Source: an uncultured Planctomycetota bacterium
GTDB taxonomy: Bacteria > Planctomycetota > Planctomycetia > Gemmatales > Gemmataceae
Length of the DNA stretch: 64,000 nt
NCBI GenBank assembly: GCA_963849325.1
Contig: CAWKHF010000006.1
Coordinates: 608,001 to 672,000 of the forward strand
Direction: 5' to 3'
The stretch's first letter is position 1. Each line of letters begins with the position of its first letter. This document shows, piece after piece, positions 19,531 through 29,561 of this stretch. The notes under the pieces were generated by a model. The model made no database searches, had not been told where the DNA came from, and saw nothing but the letters and a program-made list of their open reading frames with translations. A program made the translations under genes and the position numbers.

Positions 19531-20338
19531 ATGACGGAACCATCTCCTCCGGCGGAACGGAATCGACCGCCTTCCCCGCCTCCCGCGGAGTCGGTCGCCA
19601 CCATCCGCGCGGACGCCGGCGCGCATCCTCGTCGGCCGCGCCGGCCCTGCCTATCGCACGGCGACGCAGCTGGAGTTGCGACGCGACCACGCCGCCGCCC
19701 TCGATGCCGTTCATGCCGAAGTCGAGATGGAGCGCGACCTCGGCACCGAGTTGGTGCGGCAGTTCCAGCTGTTCGAGGTGCGGACGCGGGCCGGCTCGAA
19801 GGAAGAGTATCTGCGTCGGCCCGACCTTGGCCGGCGTCTGGACGAGGAGGCGCGGGAGGCGCTGCACAGCCAGTGTCCTGCCGGCTGCGCCGTGCAGGTT
19901 GCCGTCGGGGATGGACTCTCCGCTGCCGCCGTGACGGCGCAGGTGCCGCGCCTGCTGCCCCGGCTCGACGAGGAAGCGCGCCGGCGCGACTGGAGTTTCG
20001 GTCGGCCGTTCTTCGTCCGCCACTGTCGCGTCGGCGTGCTCAACGACATTGGCGACATTCTCGATCCCGAAGTGGTGATATTGCTGATTGGCGAACGCCC
20101 CGGACTGGCCACGGCGGAGAGCCTATCCGCCTATCTCGCCTACCGGCCGCGGCCCGGACATACCGATGCCCGCCGCAACCTGATCTCGAACATCCACGCT
20201 CGCGGCGTCGGTTCGGAGGAAGCGGCCCGGCGCATCATGGCCCTGGCCGAACAGATGCGGCGGCGACAACTCAGCGGCGTTGAGATCAAGGAAGAATGGC
20301 TTGGCCCCGCACCCCTCTCCGGTCCCTCACCCCAGTAG
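19531..20338 (+). CDS. eutC: Ethanolamine ammonia-lyase small subunit (frameshift ~19610)
   Basis: TPARILVGRAG, DHA.A.DAV, YLRRPDLGRRL, VGDGLS, LIGERPGL, DARRNLISNIH. Confidence 0.92.
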
Positions 20339-20405
20339 CGATTTGACTGAGGCTCAGCCGCGAACTAGGCTTGTGTGAATCGTCCTACGGGGAGGGTCCG
20401 CCGTC

Positions 20406-20774
20406 ATGTCCTCGTTACTTCGCAGCAAGCTGTCCATCCTGGCTCAACGCCGCCTGCAGGTCGAGCGCCGCGGCGGCAAGCGCGTGGTGCCGGTCCATCG
20501 CACGCTCTGTCTGCTCCAGGAACCCGGCTCGCCCGAACGGACGACAGCCATCGTTCAGAACCTGTCGCTGCGGGGCGTCGGCGTGATGGTCGAGCGCGAG
20601 TATGCACCGGACACCGTCCTGCACGCGCTGCTCGTCAATGCCGCCCATACCTTCTCGGCGTCGGTGGACCTGAAAGTCGTCCGTTGCTCTCGTGGCCCCA
20701 ACAACCAGTTTTTCCTCGCCGGGCCTTTCGACCGGCCGCTGACCCATGCGGAAGTAATACCGTTCATCATCTGA
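20406..20774 (+). CDS. PilZ-like domain protein
   Basis: ERRxxxR and NLSxxG motifs, VVR...F.AG.F. Confidence 0.7.
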   Translation: MSSLLRSKLSILAQRRLQVERRGGKRVVPVHRTLCLLQEPGSPERTTAIVQNLSLRGVGVMVEREYAPDTVLHALLVNAAHTFSASVDLKVVRCSRGPNNQFFLAGPFDRPLTHAEVIPFII

Positions 20775-20791
20775 GGACCAGCGGCGCACCT

Positions 20792-21376
20792 TCAGGCAGC
20801 GCGCTGCAACCGGAACAGGCTCGGCACCAGCGCCCACGTCCGCCGCCGCAGCGGCGCCACGCCTGCCGCCGCCGCGTGCAATTCATCCACCGAATAAAAC
20901 ACCTGTGGATCGAAGCGTCGGGCGAGGGTCAGCACCTTGTCCAGCTCCTTGCGCTTGATGACCGTGTAGACGATCTGTACCGGGCCGGTCGCGCCCTGGG
21001 CGTCGATGCGCGTGACGCCATAGTCCGCCGACCGCAGCGCGTCGATGAGCGAGCCGGCGTCCCGGTGCGTAATCATGCGCACGCCGACGCTGCCCATCGC
21101 CAACTTCTCTTCCAGCAGAATGCCCAGGAAATTGCCGAGCGTGAAACCGCCGGCGAAGGCCGCCGAACACGTCCAATCGCTGAGGTTCTTCATGACCTCG
21201 CCGATGGCGAACAGCCAAATGCTCACCTCGAACACGCCCAGCAGCGGCGCCAGGAACTTCATGCCGCGCGAGACGAAGATGGTGCGCATGGTCGAAATCG
21301 TCACCACGCACACCTCGGCGGCGAAGATGAACAACGGCAGCGAACCACTCGAACCGTACACGAACCGCCCTCCCAA
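20792..21376 (-). CDS. DUF2179/DUF5698 family membrane protein (start uncertain)
   Basis: TMRTIF...G..LAP.LG.FEV.IW, AFAGGF.LGNFLG..LEEKLA.G, YGVT...GATG, DPQVFYSVDE. Confidence 0.8.
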   Translation of the reverse strand: MGGRFVYGSSGSLPLFIFAAEVCVVTISTMRTIFVSRGMKFLAPLLGVFEVSIWLFAIGEVMKNLSDWTCSAAFAGGFTLGNFLGILLEEKLAMGSVGVRMITHRDAGSLIDALRSADYGVTRIDAQGATGPVQIVYTVIKRKELDKVLTLARRFDPQVFYSVDELHAAAAGVAPLRRRTWALVPSLFRLQRAA

Positions 21377-21531
21377 CGAGGAAACGAAGGGATCGTCTCA
21401 TAGAAAAATCGTCGGACGAACACAAGAGCAAAACCGTGTTTCTCCTTGCTCTGGCGTGAGAGGGGGAGTACCTTCCAGGAAGTTGGCGGTGGACATCGCT
21501 CGCGTCATCCGGAAACTCTGGAGGCGTCCTC

Positions 21532-22482
21532 ATGAACTCACTCGATCCCCCCGCGGAAGCGCCGGCCGACTCGGCGGCGCTGGAAGACTTTGTTGCGGCG
21601 CACACGGTCCTGGTGGTGGACGATTCGCCCATGGATCGCCACCTGGCCGGCGCCATCGTGCAGAAGGAGGAGGGTTGGCGGGCAACCTATGCCTGCAACG
21701 GCAAGGAAGCCCTGGAGGCGCTGCAACAGCAGACGCCCGACGTGGTGCTCACCGACATGCTCATGCCGGAGATGGACGGCCTGGAACTGGTGCAGGCCAT
21801 CCGCATCAAGCACCCGATGGTGCCGGTCATCCTCATGACGGCGCACGGCAGCGAGGAGCTGGCCATGCAGTCGCTGCGCAGCGGCGCCGCCAGTTATGTG
21901 CCCAAGAAGAGCCTGGCCCGCGACCTGGCCGAGACCCTCGACGGTGTGCTGGCCGGCAGTCAGGTCAATCGCCGCGAGCAGCGCATTCTCGACTGCCTGG
22001 TCCACCACGAGACCCACTACGTGTTGGAAAATGACGTGGCCATGGTCGCTCCGCTGGTCGGCCACCTCGAGCACCAGCTGGAGCGCATGCGCCTGTGCGA
22101 GCCGAGCGGACTGGTGTTGGTGGGCGTGGCCCTGCACGAGGCGATAACCAACGCCATCCTGCACGGCAACCTGGGACTCAGCTCGGACATGAGGGAGACG
22201 GACGAGAAGCAGTATTACCGGCTGGCCGCCGAGCGGCGGACGCAGCCGCCCTGGGGCCAGCGCCACGTCTTCGTCGCCGCCACCCTGACGGCACAGGAAG
22301 CCGTCTTCGTCGTCCGCGACGAGGGTGAAGGATTCGACCCGGAACTGCTGCCCGACCCGACCGACCCGGCCAACCTCGGCCGTGTCCACGGCCGAGGGCT
22401 GCTGCTGATCCAGACATTCATGGATCGCGTCGAGCACAACGCGCGCGGCAATCAAATCACGATGGTGAAGCGGCGGACGTGA
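21532..22482 (+). CDS. Response regulator receiver fused to RsbW-like HATPase domain
   Basis: VLVVDD, DMLMPEMDG, MTAHG, YVPK; EAITNAILHGN, VRDEGEGFD, GRGLLLI. Confidence 0.9.
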   Translation: MNSLDPPAEAPADSAALEDFVAAHTVLVVDDSPMDRHLAGAIVQKEEGWRATYACNGKEALEALQQQTPDVVLTDMLMPEMDGLELVQAIRIKHPMVPVILMTAHGSEELAMQSLRSGAASYVPKKSLARDLAETLDGVLAGSQVNRREQRILDCLVHHETHYVLENDVAMVAPLVGHLEHQLERMRLCEPSGLVLVGVALHEAITNAILHGNLGLSSDMRETDEKQYYRLAAERRTQPPWGQRHVFVAATLTAQEAVFVVRDEGEGFDPELLPDPTDPANLGRVHGRGLLLIQTFMDRVEHNARGNQITMVKRRT

Positions 22483-22485
22483 CCG

Positions 22486-22558
22486 CTCGTTTAGCCGCGA
22501 CGCGCAGCGGAGCGCGGACGTCTCGCCCGCGCTCCGCTGCGCGTCGCGGCTAAACGAG
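22486..22558. repeat. REP-like palindrome between convergent genes (CGCGACGCG..CGGAGCGCG family, copy 1)
   Basis: ctcgtttagccgcgacgcgcagcggagcgcgg / ccgcgctccgctgcgcgtcgcggctaaacgag; second copy at 62120-62175. Confidence 0.85.
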
Positions 22559-22588
22559 GAGTTCGATAGAGCGGCGCCGGCGGACGGT

Positions 22589-25007
22589 TCAGCGTTTCGA
22601 CGCCCGCTGCACGGCGGGATCGACGCGAGGGACGGCGGCGACGCCGAACACGTTCAGCGCCTCGTCCGCCTCGTGACGGACGCGCGGGTCTCGATCGTTC
22701 TTCAACTCCTGCACGACTGCCACCACATCGGTCGTATTCACCTTCATGGCAACCAGGGCACGGACGCAGGCGGCCCGCACCGTCGCGGCCGGGTCGTCGT
22801 GGGCGGCTTTCGTCAAGGCTTCCGCGACCTGCGGCTGGGTGCGTCCGTTCAGCTCGACTCAGCCCCTCGACCGCCCATTCGCGGTAGGAGGGATACAGCG
22901 AATCGCGGAGCGTGGCCAACGCCTGGGGCACATTGGCCAGCCCCGCACGGACGGTCGGACTCATCGACTGGAGCGCGACGGGCGGCACGGTCATGAGCGG
23001 GTTGATCCCCGTCACCGGACCTTGTGGCGGCATGGGCGGCGGCAGATAGCCGAGCATCCCCGGCGACGGCGGCAGCATGGGCGTGCGCGGCGGCACGATC
23101 GGCCCTTGCGCCGGCATATAGGGCATGGCCTCGCCAAAGCCGTTCGGCTCCTGCGGCGTCGGGCCGAAGTCGGCCGGGATCGGCCGGCGCGTGCCGGCGA
23201 GCGTGAAAGCGTTACCCATGCCGCTGGGCACTCCGCTGTCCACCATCGACGGCATCATCGGCGGACGCGGCGGCATCATCGGCATCGGTCCCATCGGGCC
23301 TCCGCCTCCGGGCATCGGCCCCATCGCTTGGCCCATCCTCGCCGCGGCGTCGCCCGGCGGCGCGTTGTCGTCGCGTGCAAAAGCGTTGTACTTGGGCGGT
23401 TGCAATCCTTGCGGCGGCTTCGGGGCCGGCGCCGCCCAGAAGGCGTTGCTCTCGTTGGCCGCGATCTCCACGGCGCGGCCATGTGGAGGAGTGGACGGAG
23501 GTCCGGCGGGCGTCGTCCTCGCCGTCTGCACGGGAGAGGTCGAGGACGCCGGCGGCGGGACCGTCGCCACCAGGGCCGGCTTGTATTCGACTCGCGGCGG
23601 ATCGGGCGGGACCAGCGGGGCCGGGGTTATCTTGGCGACCGGCTTCTCCTTCAGGGCCATGTGGTGATACCAGTCCGGCTCCTTGAGCGGATCGGGCTGC
23701 GGCGGGACGCTGGGCACCGGCGCCCGCGCGGCCTGTTTCGCCGGGGCGGCCGGCTTGTCGGCGTTCGCCTGGGCCGTGCCAGCCCACGGCTCCACCTTGC
23801 CCCACGATTCGCGCCAGTCGCGCGGGGGGACCGCCGCCGTGGTTGTCGGGGGCGCCGAAGGAGACGGCGGGGCCGCCGAAGGAGGCGTCGGCGCCGTCGG
23901 CGGACTCGCGGCCGGCGGGCAGACCACGACCGTCGGCGCCGGATTGGACTGGAAGATTCGGCGGAGCAGCGACTGCCGAGGGGGTGGACAGCAGACGCAA
24001 GACGGCTGGCAAGCGCACGGATCGCACGGCTGGCAGCAGGCATCACACGACGAGCCATTTCCGCACGTTGTCGGGCAGGCGCCGGTCGCGCAAGCCGACG
24101 GCACCAGTCGCGGCTGGGGCGGCACGGCGGGCGTGCAGTCGCACAGGTTGGATCCACCTGTCGGAGCCGCGACCGTTAGGGAGCGAGGGGGAGTCCCGCT
24201 CCCTAACGGTCGCGGCTCGGGATCTTTCGTCCCGCGCGACTCCGTAATCGGCCCGTGAAGGATCCTCGGCGTCTCCGGCGACGTCGGCGCGGCCGACGTG
24301 TTTTTCGCGGCGTTCGCTGGGGTCGCCGAAACGGCCGTGGCGATCGGTTTGCTGGCCGGAGTCGTCAAGACAGTCGCGGCCGCCGGCTTGTCGGTCGGGA
24401 CCGGCCGGATCGGGGCGAAGGGCGAAGCGGAGAGCGTGGGTGCCGGCTGCGGGGCGAACTGCGGCGTCGTCGTTGGAGTCGGAGCGAGCCGAGGAGTGGT
24501 GACGATGACCGGCGGTGCGCTCGGCGGCGGCGCCTGGACCCTCGGCGTCTGCTGGACGACGGGGGCGGCGATCGGGGCCGACGGAGTCGCCGCCATCGGC
24601 GCGGCCTGCGGGGCCAGCCGGCCGAGGGGTGCGCCGGAGACGGCGGCGTCGGACGGCGGCTTCGGCGCCTGCTCCGGCGGCGTGTTGTCTGGACCCCAGC
24701 GGAAGATGCGCGTCGGCATCGCCTTGACCCGCGGCGTACCCGGCGCCGACGCCGGCCGTCCCGCCTCGACGATGGTCATGACCTCGCCGGTATCGACGGC
24801 CTGCACCTGGTAGGCGCTGACGCCGTCCGGCTCGCGCCACGTCTTGAGCACCTTGCAGCGCTGCGGAGGCCGGCCGTTCTCGCGCACGGTAATGAAGCGG
24901 TCGCGGGCGGACGCCGCTCCCGGCGGCGGCGAGGGTGCCTGGGCCTGCACGAGGGCGGCCTCGACCAGCCCCACGGCCACGACCCCGAGCCAGAGTGACC
25001 GGACCAT
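22589..25007 (-). CDS. Secreted Pro/Ala-rich protein with Cys-rich patch and C-terminal HEAT repeats (frameshift ~22850)
   Basis: Signal peptide MVRSLWLGVVAVGLV..AQA; LRDSLYPSYREWA...AHDDPAATVRAACVRAL...DRDPRVRHEA. Confidence 0.7.
24164..24218. repeat. Palindromic element inside the Pro-rich gene, reading frame intact
   Basis: 22-bp perfect arms gagccgcgaccgttagggagcg / cgctccctaacggtcgcggctc; related arms at 27062-27121. Confidence 0.85.
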
Positions 25008-25220
25008 CGCAACGGTCTCCTTTCCGCGCATACCCTGTCTGGGGCCGCTTGTCACATCCTGCGGCCCTTTCCTCCTTGTTATCGGCTTTGCCGACGGCAG
25101 CGATGAATCCGAATCTGCCGGAGAAATGGAGAATGCCGCGGACGGTTTCACGTTTGGGGGGAAAAAACGCGAAACTGCCAGCGGCGTAAACGGGGCCGAC
25201 CCCACGCCGGCCTACTTCTC

Positions 25221-25340
25221 CTCGTTCCCAAGCTCTGCTTGGGAACGCACGGTTGCGAAGCTCTGCTTCGCAGCCAGCCGCCGAGAAGACGGGAAGCAGA
25301 GCTTCCCGGCCGGCATTCCCAAGCAGAGCTTGGGAACGAG
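25221..25340. repeat. MITE/REP-like element with nested palindromes, flanked by 17-bp direct repeat
   Basis: ctcgttcccaagctctgcttgggaa ... ttcccaagcagagcttgggaacgag; cccacgccggcctactt at 25201-25217 and 25349-25365. Confidence 0.85.
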
Positions 25341-25359
25341 AGGGGTTACCCACGCCGGC

Positions 25360-27018
25360 CTACTTGGTTTCCTTGCCGGTCGTCAGGTCGCGTCGATACA
25401 GCGGCAGATGACGATAGTAGACCTCCAGGCACAACAGCGACAGCGACGTGGCCATGATGCGGCCGCCCGGCGCGTTGCCCCAGCTGCCCGCCTGGTGTGG
25501 GTGCTTCGGCGTCGTCCCCGTGTCCTGCTTGGCGATCAGACTGTCCCGAATCCCCTTGTGCTTCTTCTGGCCCTTCTCGTCCATCCCCGCGTTCCAGTAG
25601 TTCCAGCTTTCTCCCTGCATGTGGTGCATCACCTGCGTGGCGTAGTACAGGTAATAAATGTTGTTGCCAATCTGCGAACTGCCCGGCGGATACGCCTTCA
25701 GACGCTCCACGCCCGCCAGCAGGCCGGGATTGCGCGGGTTGACGCCGCTGTACTGCCGGCACAGCAAACCCACCGCCGTCATGGTCATCGATTCGCCCTG
25801 GCCGTTGCCGGGAACGTAGGCGTAACCGCCCTTGTTGTTGCTCTCGCAGGCGTCGAGGAACTTCTCGGACAGCTTGATGGTGTTCTTGGGCACGCTCAGG
25901 CCGGCCATCTGACCGCTCTTGAGGGCCATCAGCTGCCAGCCGGTGACGGACAGGTCGCCGGCCTGCTTGGGCTTGTAGCGCCAGCCGCCGCCGGCGGGAT
26001 CCTGGGCGGCGGCGATGAAGTTGAAGGCGCGTTGGGCGGACAGTTTGATGCGCGGATCGGAGGTCAGTCCATAGGCTTCGCACATGGCGATGGTGGCGAT
26101 GCCGTGCGAGTACATTTCGGTGCTGTAGGAGCCGTCCTTGGCCTGGCGGCCCATGAGCCAGTTGATGGCGCCATCGACGGTCTTGGAATAGTCCTTTTGC
26201 GTGTTTTTGACGGGTTTGTGGGTGATGCCGCCGGCGAGGAAGGGCAAGAGTCCAAATCCGGTGGCGGCGATGTCGTTGCGGTTGGTGGCCCCGACTTCGC
26301 AGTTGCAGGTGTGGACGCGGCCGGCGGGCCGCGGCTTATCGCGGGCGGAGTGGTTGAACTCGTGCAGCGACCAATGGCCGTCCTGCGCCTGATGCAGGGC
26401 CAGCCATTCGAGGCCGCTGGCCACGCGGGCTTCGGAGAGGGCGTTGCCGCCGCCTTCTTGCAGCATCTTGACGCGCGTGGAGCCGCTGCGGCCGGCGAAC
26501 TGATTGACGAGATAGGCGCCGCCCATGCCGCCGAACGAGGTGCCCGCTCCACCGATGGCCAATCCCTCGGCCAGATCGGGGGCGGCGCCCAGTCCACCGC
26601 CGGCGCCCGGCGGCAGCGGCACGCTCGACCGCGGCGCCTCGCTCGACGCCTCCGGGATGCCCACCGCCTGCGTCGGGTCCACCGGGCCCGGCACGCTCAC
26701 GTCCTCAATGCGGTCCACGTTGTAGTTGAGCTGCACCTGGTCGTCATTGCCCAGGTCGGTGTTGGTCAGGTCGAATTCCTTCGGCTGGTCCTCCACCTGC
26801 GTTGTCGTGGCTACTTCCTCCTTGTCCTCGCCGGCCGTGGCGGCGCGAGCGCTGCCGAGCAACGATAACAGGACGAACAACAGGCCGAGGATGGCCCCAT
26901 GCACGACGGCACTGAGGATCCAGATCGGAAGCATCTTCAGCCAGACGTTCGAGCCGCTGTTCAGGGCCGGCGCGACCACGACTTTGCGTCGGCCGTTGTC
27001 CGGTTGGTTGGTTGCCAT
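25360..27018 (-). CDS. Membrane-anchored prenyltransferase/squalene-hopene cyclase repeat (QW motif) protein
   Basis: SAVVHG TM; GLEWLALHQAQDGHW, WLMGRQAKDG, MYSHGIAT, Q..GGWRY, DLSVTGWQLMALKSG, YYLYYATQ, LEVYYRHLP. Confidence 0.88.
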   Translation of the reverse strand: MATNQPDNGRRKVVVAPALNSGSNVWLKMLPIWILSAVVHGAILGLLFVLLSLLGSARAATAGEDKEEVATTTQVEDQPKEFDLTNTDLGNDDQVQLNYNVDRIEDVSVPGPVDPTQAVGIPEASSEAPRSSVPLPPGAGGGLGAAPDLAEGLAIGGAGTSFGGMGGAYLVNQFAGRSGSTRVKMLQEGGGNALSEARVASGLEWLALHQAQDGHWSLHEFNHSARDKPRPAGRVHTCNCEVGATNRNDIAATGFGLLPFLAGGITHKPVKNTQKDYSKTVDGAINWLMGRQAKDGSYSTEMYSHGIATIAMCEAYGLTSDPRIKLSAQRAFNFIAAAQDPAGGGWRYKPKQAGDLSVTGWQLMALKSGQMAGLSVPKNTIKLSEKFLDACESNNKGGYAYVPGNGQGESMTMTAVGLLCRQYSGVNPRNPGLLAGVERLKAYPPGSSQIGNNIYYLYYATQVMHHMQGESWNYWNAGMDEKGQKKHKGIRDSLIAKQDTGTTPKHPHQAGSWGNAPGGRIMATSLSLLCLEVYYRHLPLYRRDLTTGKETK

Positions 27019-28284
27019 GAGTCAAGTCCCCCAGGTGGATGGATTGCTTTATCGTCGAATACCGCTCCCTTACGGTCGCGGCTCGGTAAGAATACCGCTC
27101 CCCTTAGCGGTCGCGGCTCGGTTTGTTCCGTAAACCATTCGCCCTCGGCCGACGGCGGCACAAACTCCGCGTATCGGCTGGCGCGGAGCCGATGACGGAC
27201 GCGCCGATCGTGATAGTGGAACCAGCACGTCAGTCCGATCACCACGGCCAGCGCGCCGCCGACCACGCCCAGAAAGACCCACATGAGATGGTGGCCCCAG
27301 TTGTCCGAGGCGGCCTCGGCCGGCGCCTCCGGCCCGAACTGCCCCGTCAGGGTGTGGCCGATCACCAGCGGAGCATCGCGGAACTGGTTGTCCTTCTTGG
27401 TGTCGAACGCCTTATAGCGATAGCGTTTGTAGAAATAACCGTCGAAGCCCACTTCGATGTCGGGCTTGTGATGGGCATCGACCTTCAAGCCGGCCGGCAG
27501 ATCGGTGAAGACGATACAAGCAGGATTTTCGCCGTACTTGTCGGTCAGGATCCACCCTTCGTACAGGTCGCCGACGCCCTCGGCGCGGGCCTCGTCGGGC
27601 GGATCGAAGCGGAGCAAGCGGATGAGCCGACCCGACAGATGAACGACCCGGCCGCGATAATGCTCTGGCTCGTTGAACAGGTGGGCATAGGTCACGTCAT
27701 GCCGAGCCGTCCGCGCGAACGCCGTCGCGGACGTGTAATGGGCCATGACGAGGAACTGCGCATACGCCTCGATCTCCGGGTCGCCGTTGAAGATGCCGTT
27801 GCGATCGCGGATGAAGCCGTTTTCGAGCAGGAGCTTCGGAATGGGCCGGACCTCCTCGGTGTTGAGAAGAGCCCAACATTCCCGGTCGTCGCCGGCCTGG
27901 AGGGTGGCCAATTCGCGGACGGCGGCGCCCGGCCCGAAACCGCTGAGAAAGAGTGTGGCGGCGCCGACCTGGATGCGTCCCGGCCGCGCCGACAGGGGAC
28001 CGCGGAGGTCCCATACCGCCACGTCGGGAGAGGCACCGGCGTACAAATCGCTCAGCGCGCACCACGGGCCGCTCTGCGGAGCGAAGCGGGCACCGGAGGC
28101 CAGCACGGCCAGGTTCTCGGGCTTAATTTCGAGTGGAGCAAGGAGGGGGACGTCGGTGGGTTGGGCCGGCTTGACCGGCGCCTTCTCGGGCGCGGCGGCC
28201 GCCACGAGCGCAACAAGGACGGCCAGGGCCATCCGACGGACCCGGAAGAGGAACGACCGTGACATTGGCTGCCGGCGCATGCGC
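26961..28284 (-). CDS. Hypothetical membrane protein (planctomycete type); 3' end runs through palindromic arms
   Basis: Long ORF with signal-like N-terminus, P..YRG..V...G, F.GYFYK.Y.Y motif and C-terminal TM; start and stop uncertain. Confidence 0.65.
27062..27121. repeat. Two tandem half-copies of the CCGCTCCC..CGGTCGCGGCTC element
   Basis: ccgctcccttacggtcgcggctcgg and ccgctccccttagcggtcgcggctcgg. Confidence 0.75.
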
Positions 28285-28353
28285 ATGGTCGCCTTCCTTG
28301 TTACCTTCATTTTGGACGCGACCGGCGAGGGGAAAGTTCCCGATACTTCTGGG

Positions 28354-28408
28354 GCCGCTTGCGGCTTAACGTGGACTCGCTTGCAGCCCACGCGAAGCCG
28401 CAAGCGGC
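28354..28408. repeat. REP-like palindrome just after the exbD stop codon
   Basis: gccgcttgcggctt...aagccgcaagcggc. Confidence 0.75.
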
Positions 28409-28409
28409 T

Positions 28410-28932
28410 TTACTGACCGGACATGCGAAAATCGGGCGGTGGCACGAAACTGATGTTCTTGAAACCCGCCTGCTGGCACACGTCCATCACCTCAATGACG
28501 CCCTCCCACTTGAGTTTGCCGTCGCCCTGGATCTTGATGTTCTCCTTGTTCTCGACCGTCTCGTGCCTCTTCTTCAGCTCCTCGCGCAGCTTGTCGAGGT
28601 TGTCGATCGGCGTTGGACCGGCGTCGTCCTGCAAGGTCAGGGCGCTGAATGCGACCGTTGTTGACGTTATCCATCTGCGTGCGGACGATCACCGTCAGGT
28701 TCGACGGCAGATCGATCGGCTTCTTGTCCGGAGCGGCGTCGGTTTGGACCTCGTCCTTGTTCTTAGCCTGTGTGATGTTCTCCGACGGCAGACTGAGGTC
28801 CATCTGCCCTTCGAGGTCGGAGGGGTGATAGGTCATGACGAAGAAAGCGAGCAGCTGGAAGGCCATGTCCAGCATGGGCGTGACCGGCAGGGTCGGCTCC
28901 GGCCCGGCTTCCTGTTTGCGACGTGTGGTCAT
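28410..28932 (-). CDS. exbD: ExbD/TolR family protein (frameshift ~28645)
   Basis: PVTPMLDMAFQLLAFFVMT; I.GDGKLKW..VIEVMD.C..AGFKNISF. Confidence 0.88.
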
Positions 28933-29477
28933 GTTCCCCCTCCCGGCGTGTTCTTGGTCAGGGCGCGCAGCTTGAGCCGCGTATAGCCGACGGTCTTGCA
29001 CATTTGCAGGATCTCGAAAACCTGAGCGTAATCGGCGTCCTTGTGGGCGCGGATGACGATGGCGGTGTTGACGTCCTTGGCGCCGCGGCTCTCGGCGATG
29101 CGCTGGGCGTCGGCGAACTGATCCTTGAGCCAAACCATCAAATCGCCGCGCCGCATTGGCTCCTTGCCGGGGATGAGGATGCACTCGTCGCCGTCGCGGA
29201 ACCGCTCCTGGACGCGGGCCAGCACGTCGGCCGGCAGACGGTCCTGAAATTCGCCCAGCGTGAACGGCTTCAAGTTAATGAACAGTACGTCCGTGTCGGC
29301 CTTGTCCATCGGCTTGACGGCCTGGGACTTGGGCAGACGAATATCCTCGTTGACCTGTTCGCTGACGAAGTTGACGCACATCATGAAGAACATGAGCAGC
29401 TGCAACACGACATCCAGCAGCGGCGTCAAGTTGGGTTCGGCGACGCCGCCGCCGCCCTCCCCTCCCCCGTGACTCAT
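28929..29477 (-). CDS. exbD: ExbD/TolR family protein
   Basis: NLTPLLDVVLQLLMFFM; IRAHKDADY..V..IL..C...GY. Confidence 0.9.
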   Translation of the reverse strand: MSHGGGEGGGGVAEPNLTPLLDVVLQLLMFFMMCVNFVSEQVNEDIRLPKSQAVKPMDKADTDVLFINLKPFTLGEFQDRLPADVLARVQERFRDGDECILIPGKEPMRRGDLMVWLKDQFADAQRIAESRGAKDVNTAIVIRAHKDADYAQVFEILQMCKTVGYTRLKLRALTKNTPGGGT

Positions 29478-29489
29478 GACAAACTCTCC

Positions 29490-29560
29490 AGTTCTGAGTT
29501 CTGAGTTCTGAGTTCTGAGTTCTGTTTTCACTCAGAACTCAGAACTCAGAACTCAGAACT
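29490..29560. repeat. Inverted heptamer array (AGTTCTG)x5 / (CAGAACT)x4 between exbB and exbD
   Basis: Read directly; forms a long hairpin that ends just before the exbD RBS. Confidence 0.95.
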
Positions 29561-29561
29561 T

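Noticed and set aside
29490-29560. Short repeat arrays (also 10297, 45146, 55952) as CRISPR
   Set aside because: Units are 7-10 nt, contiguous and inverted, with no unique spacers and no cas genes.
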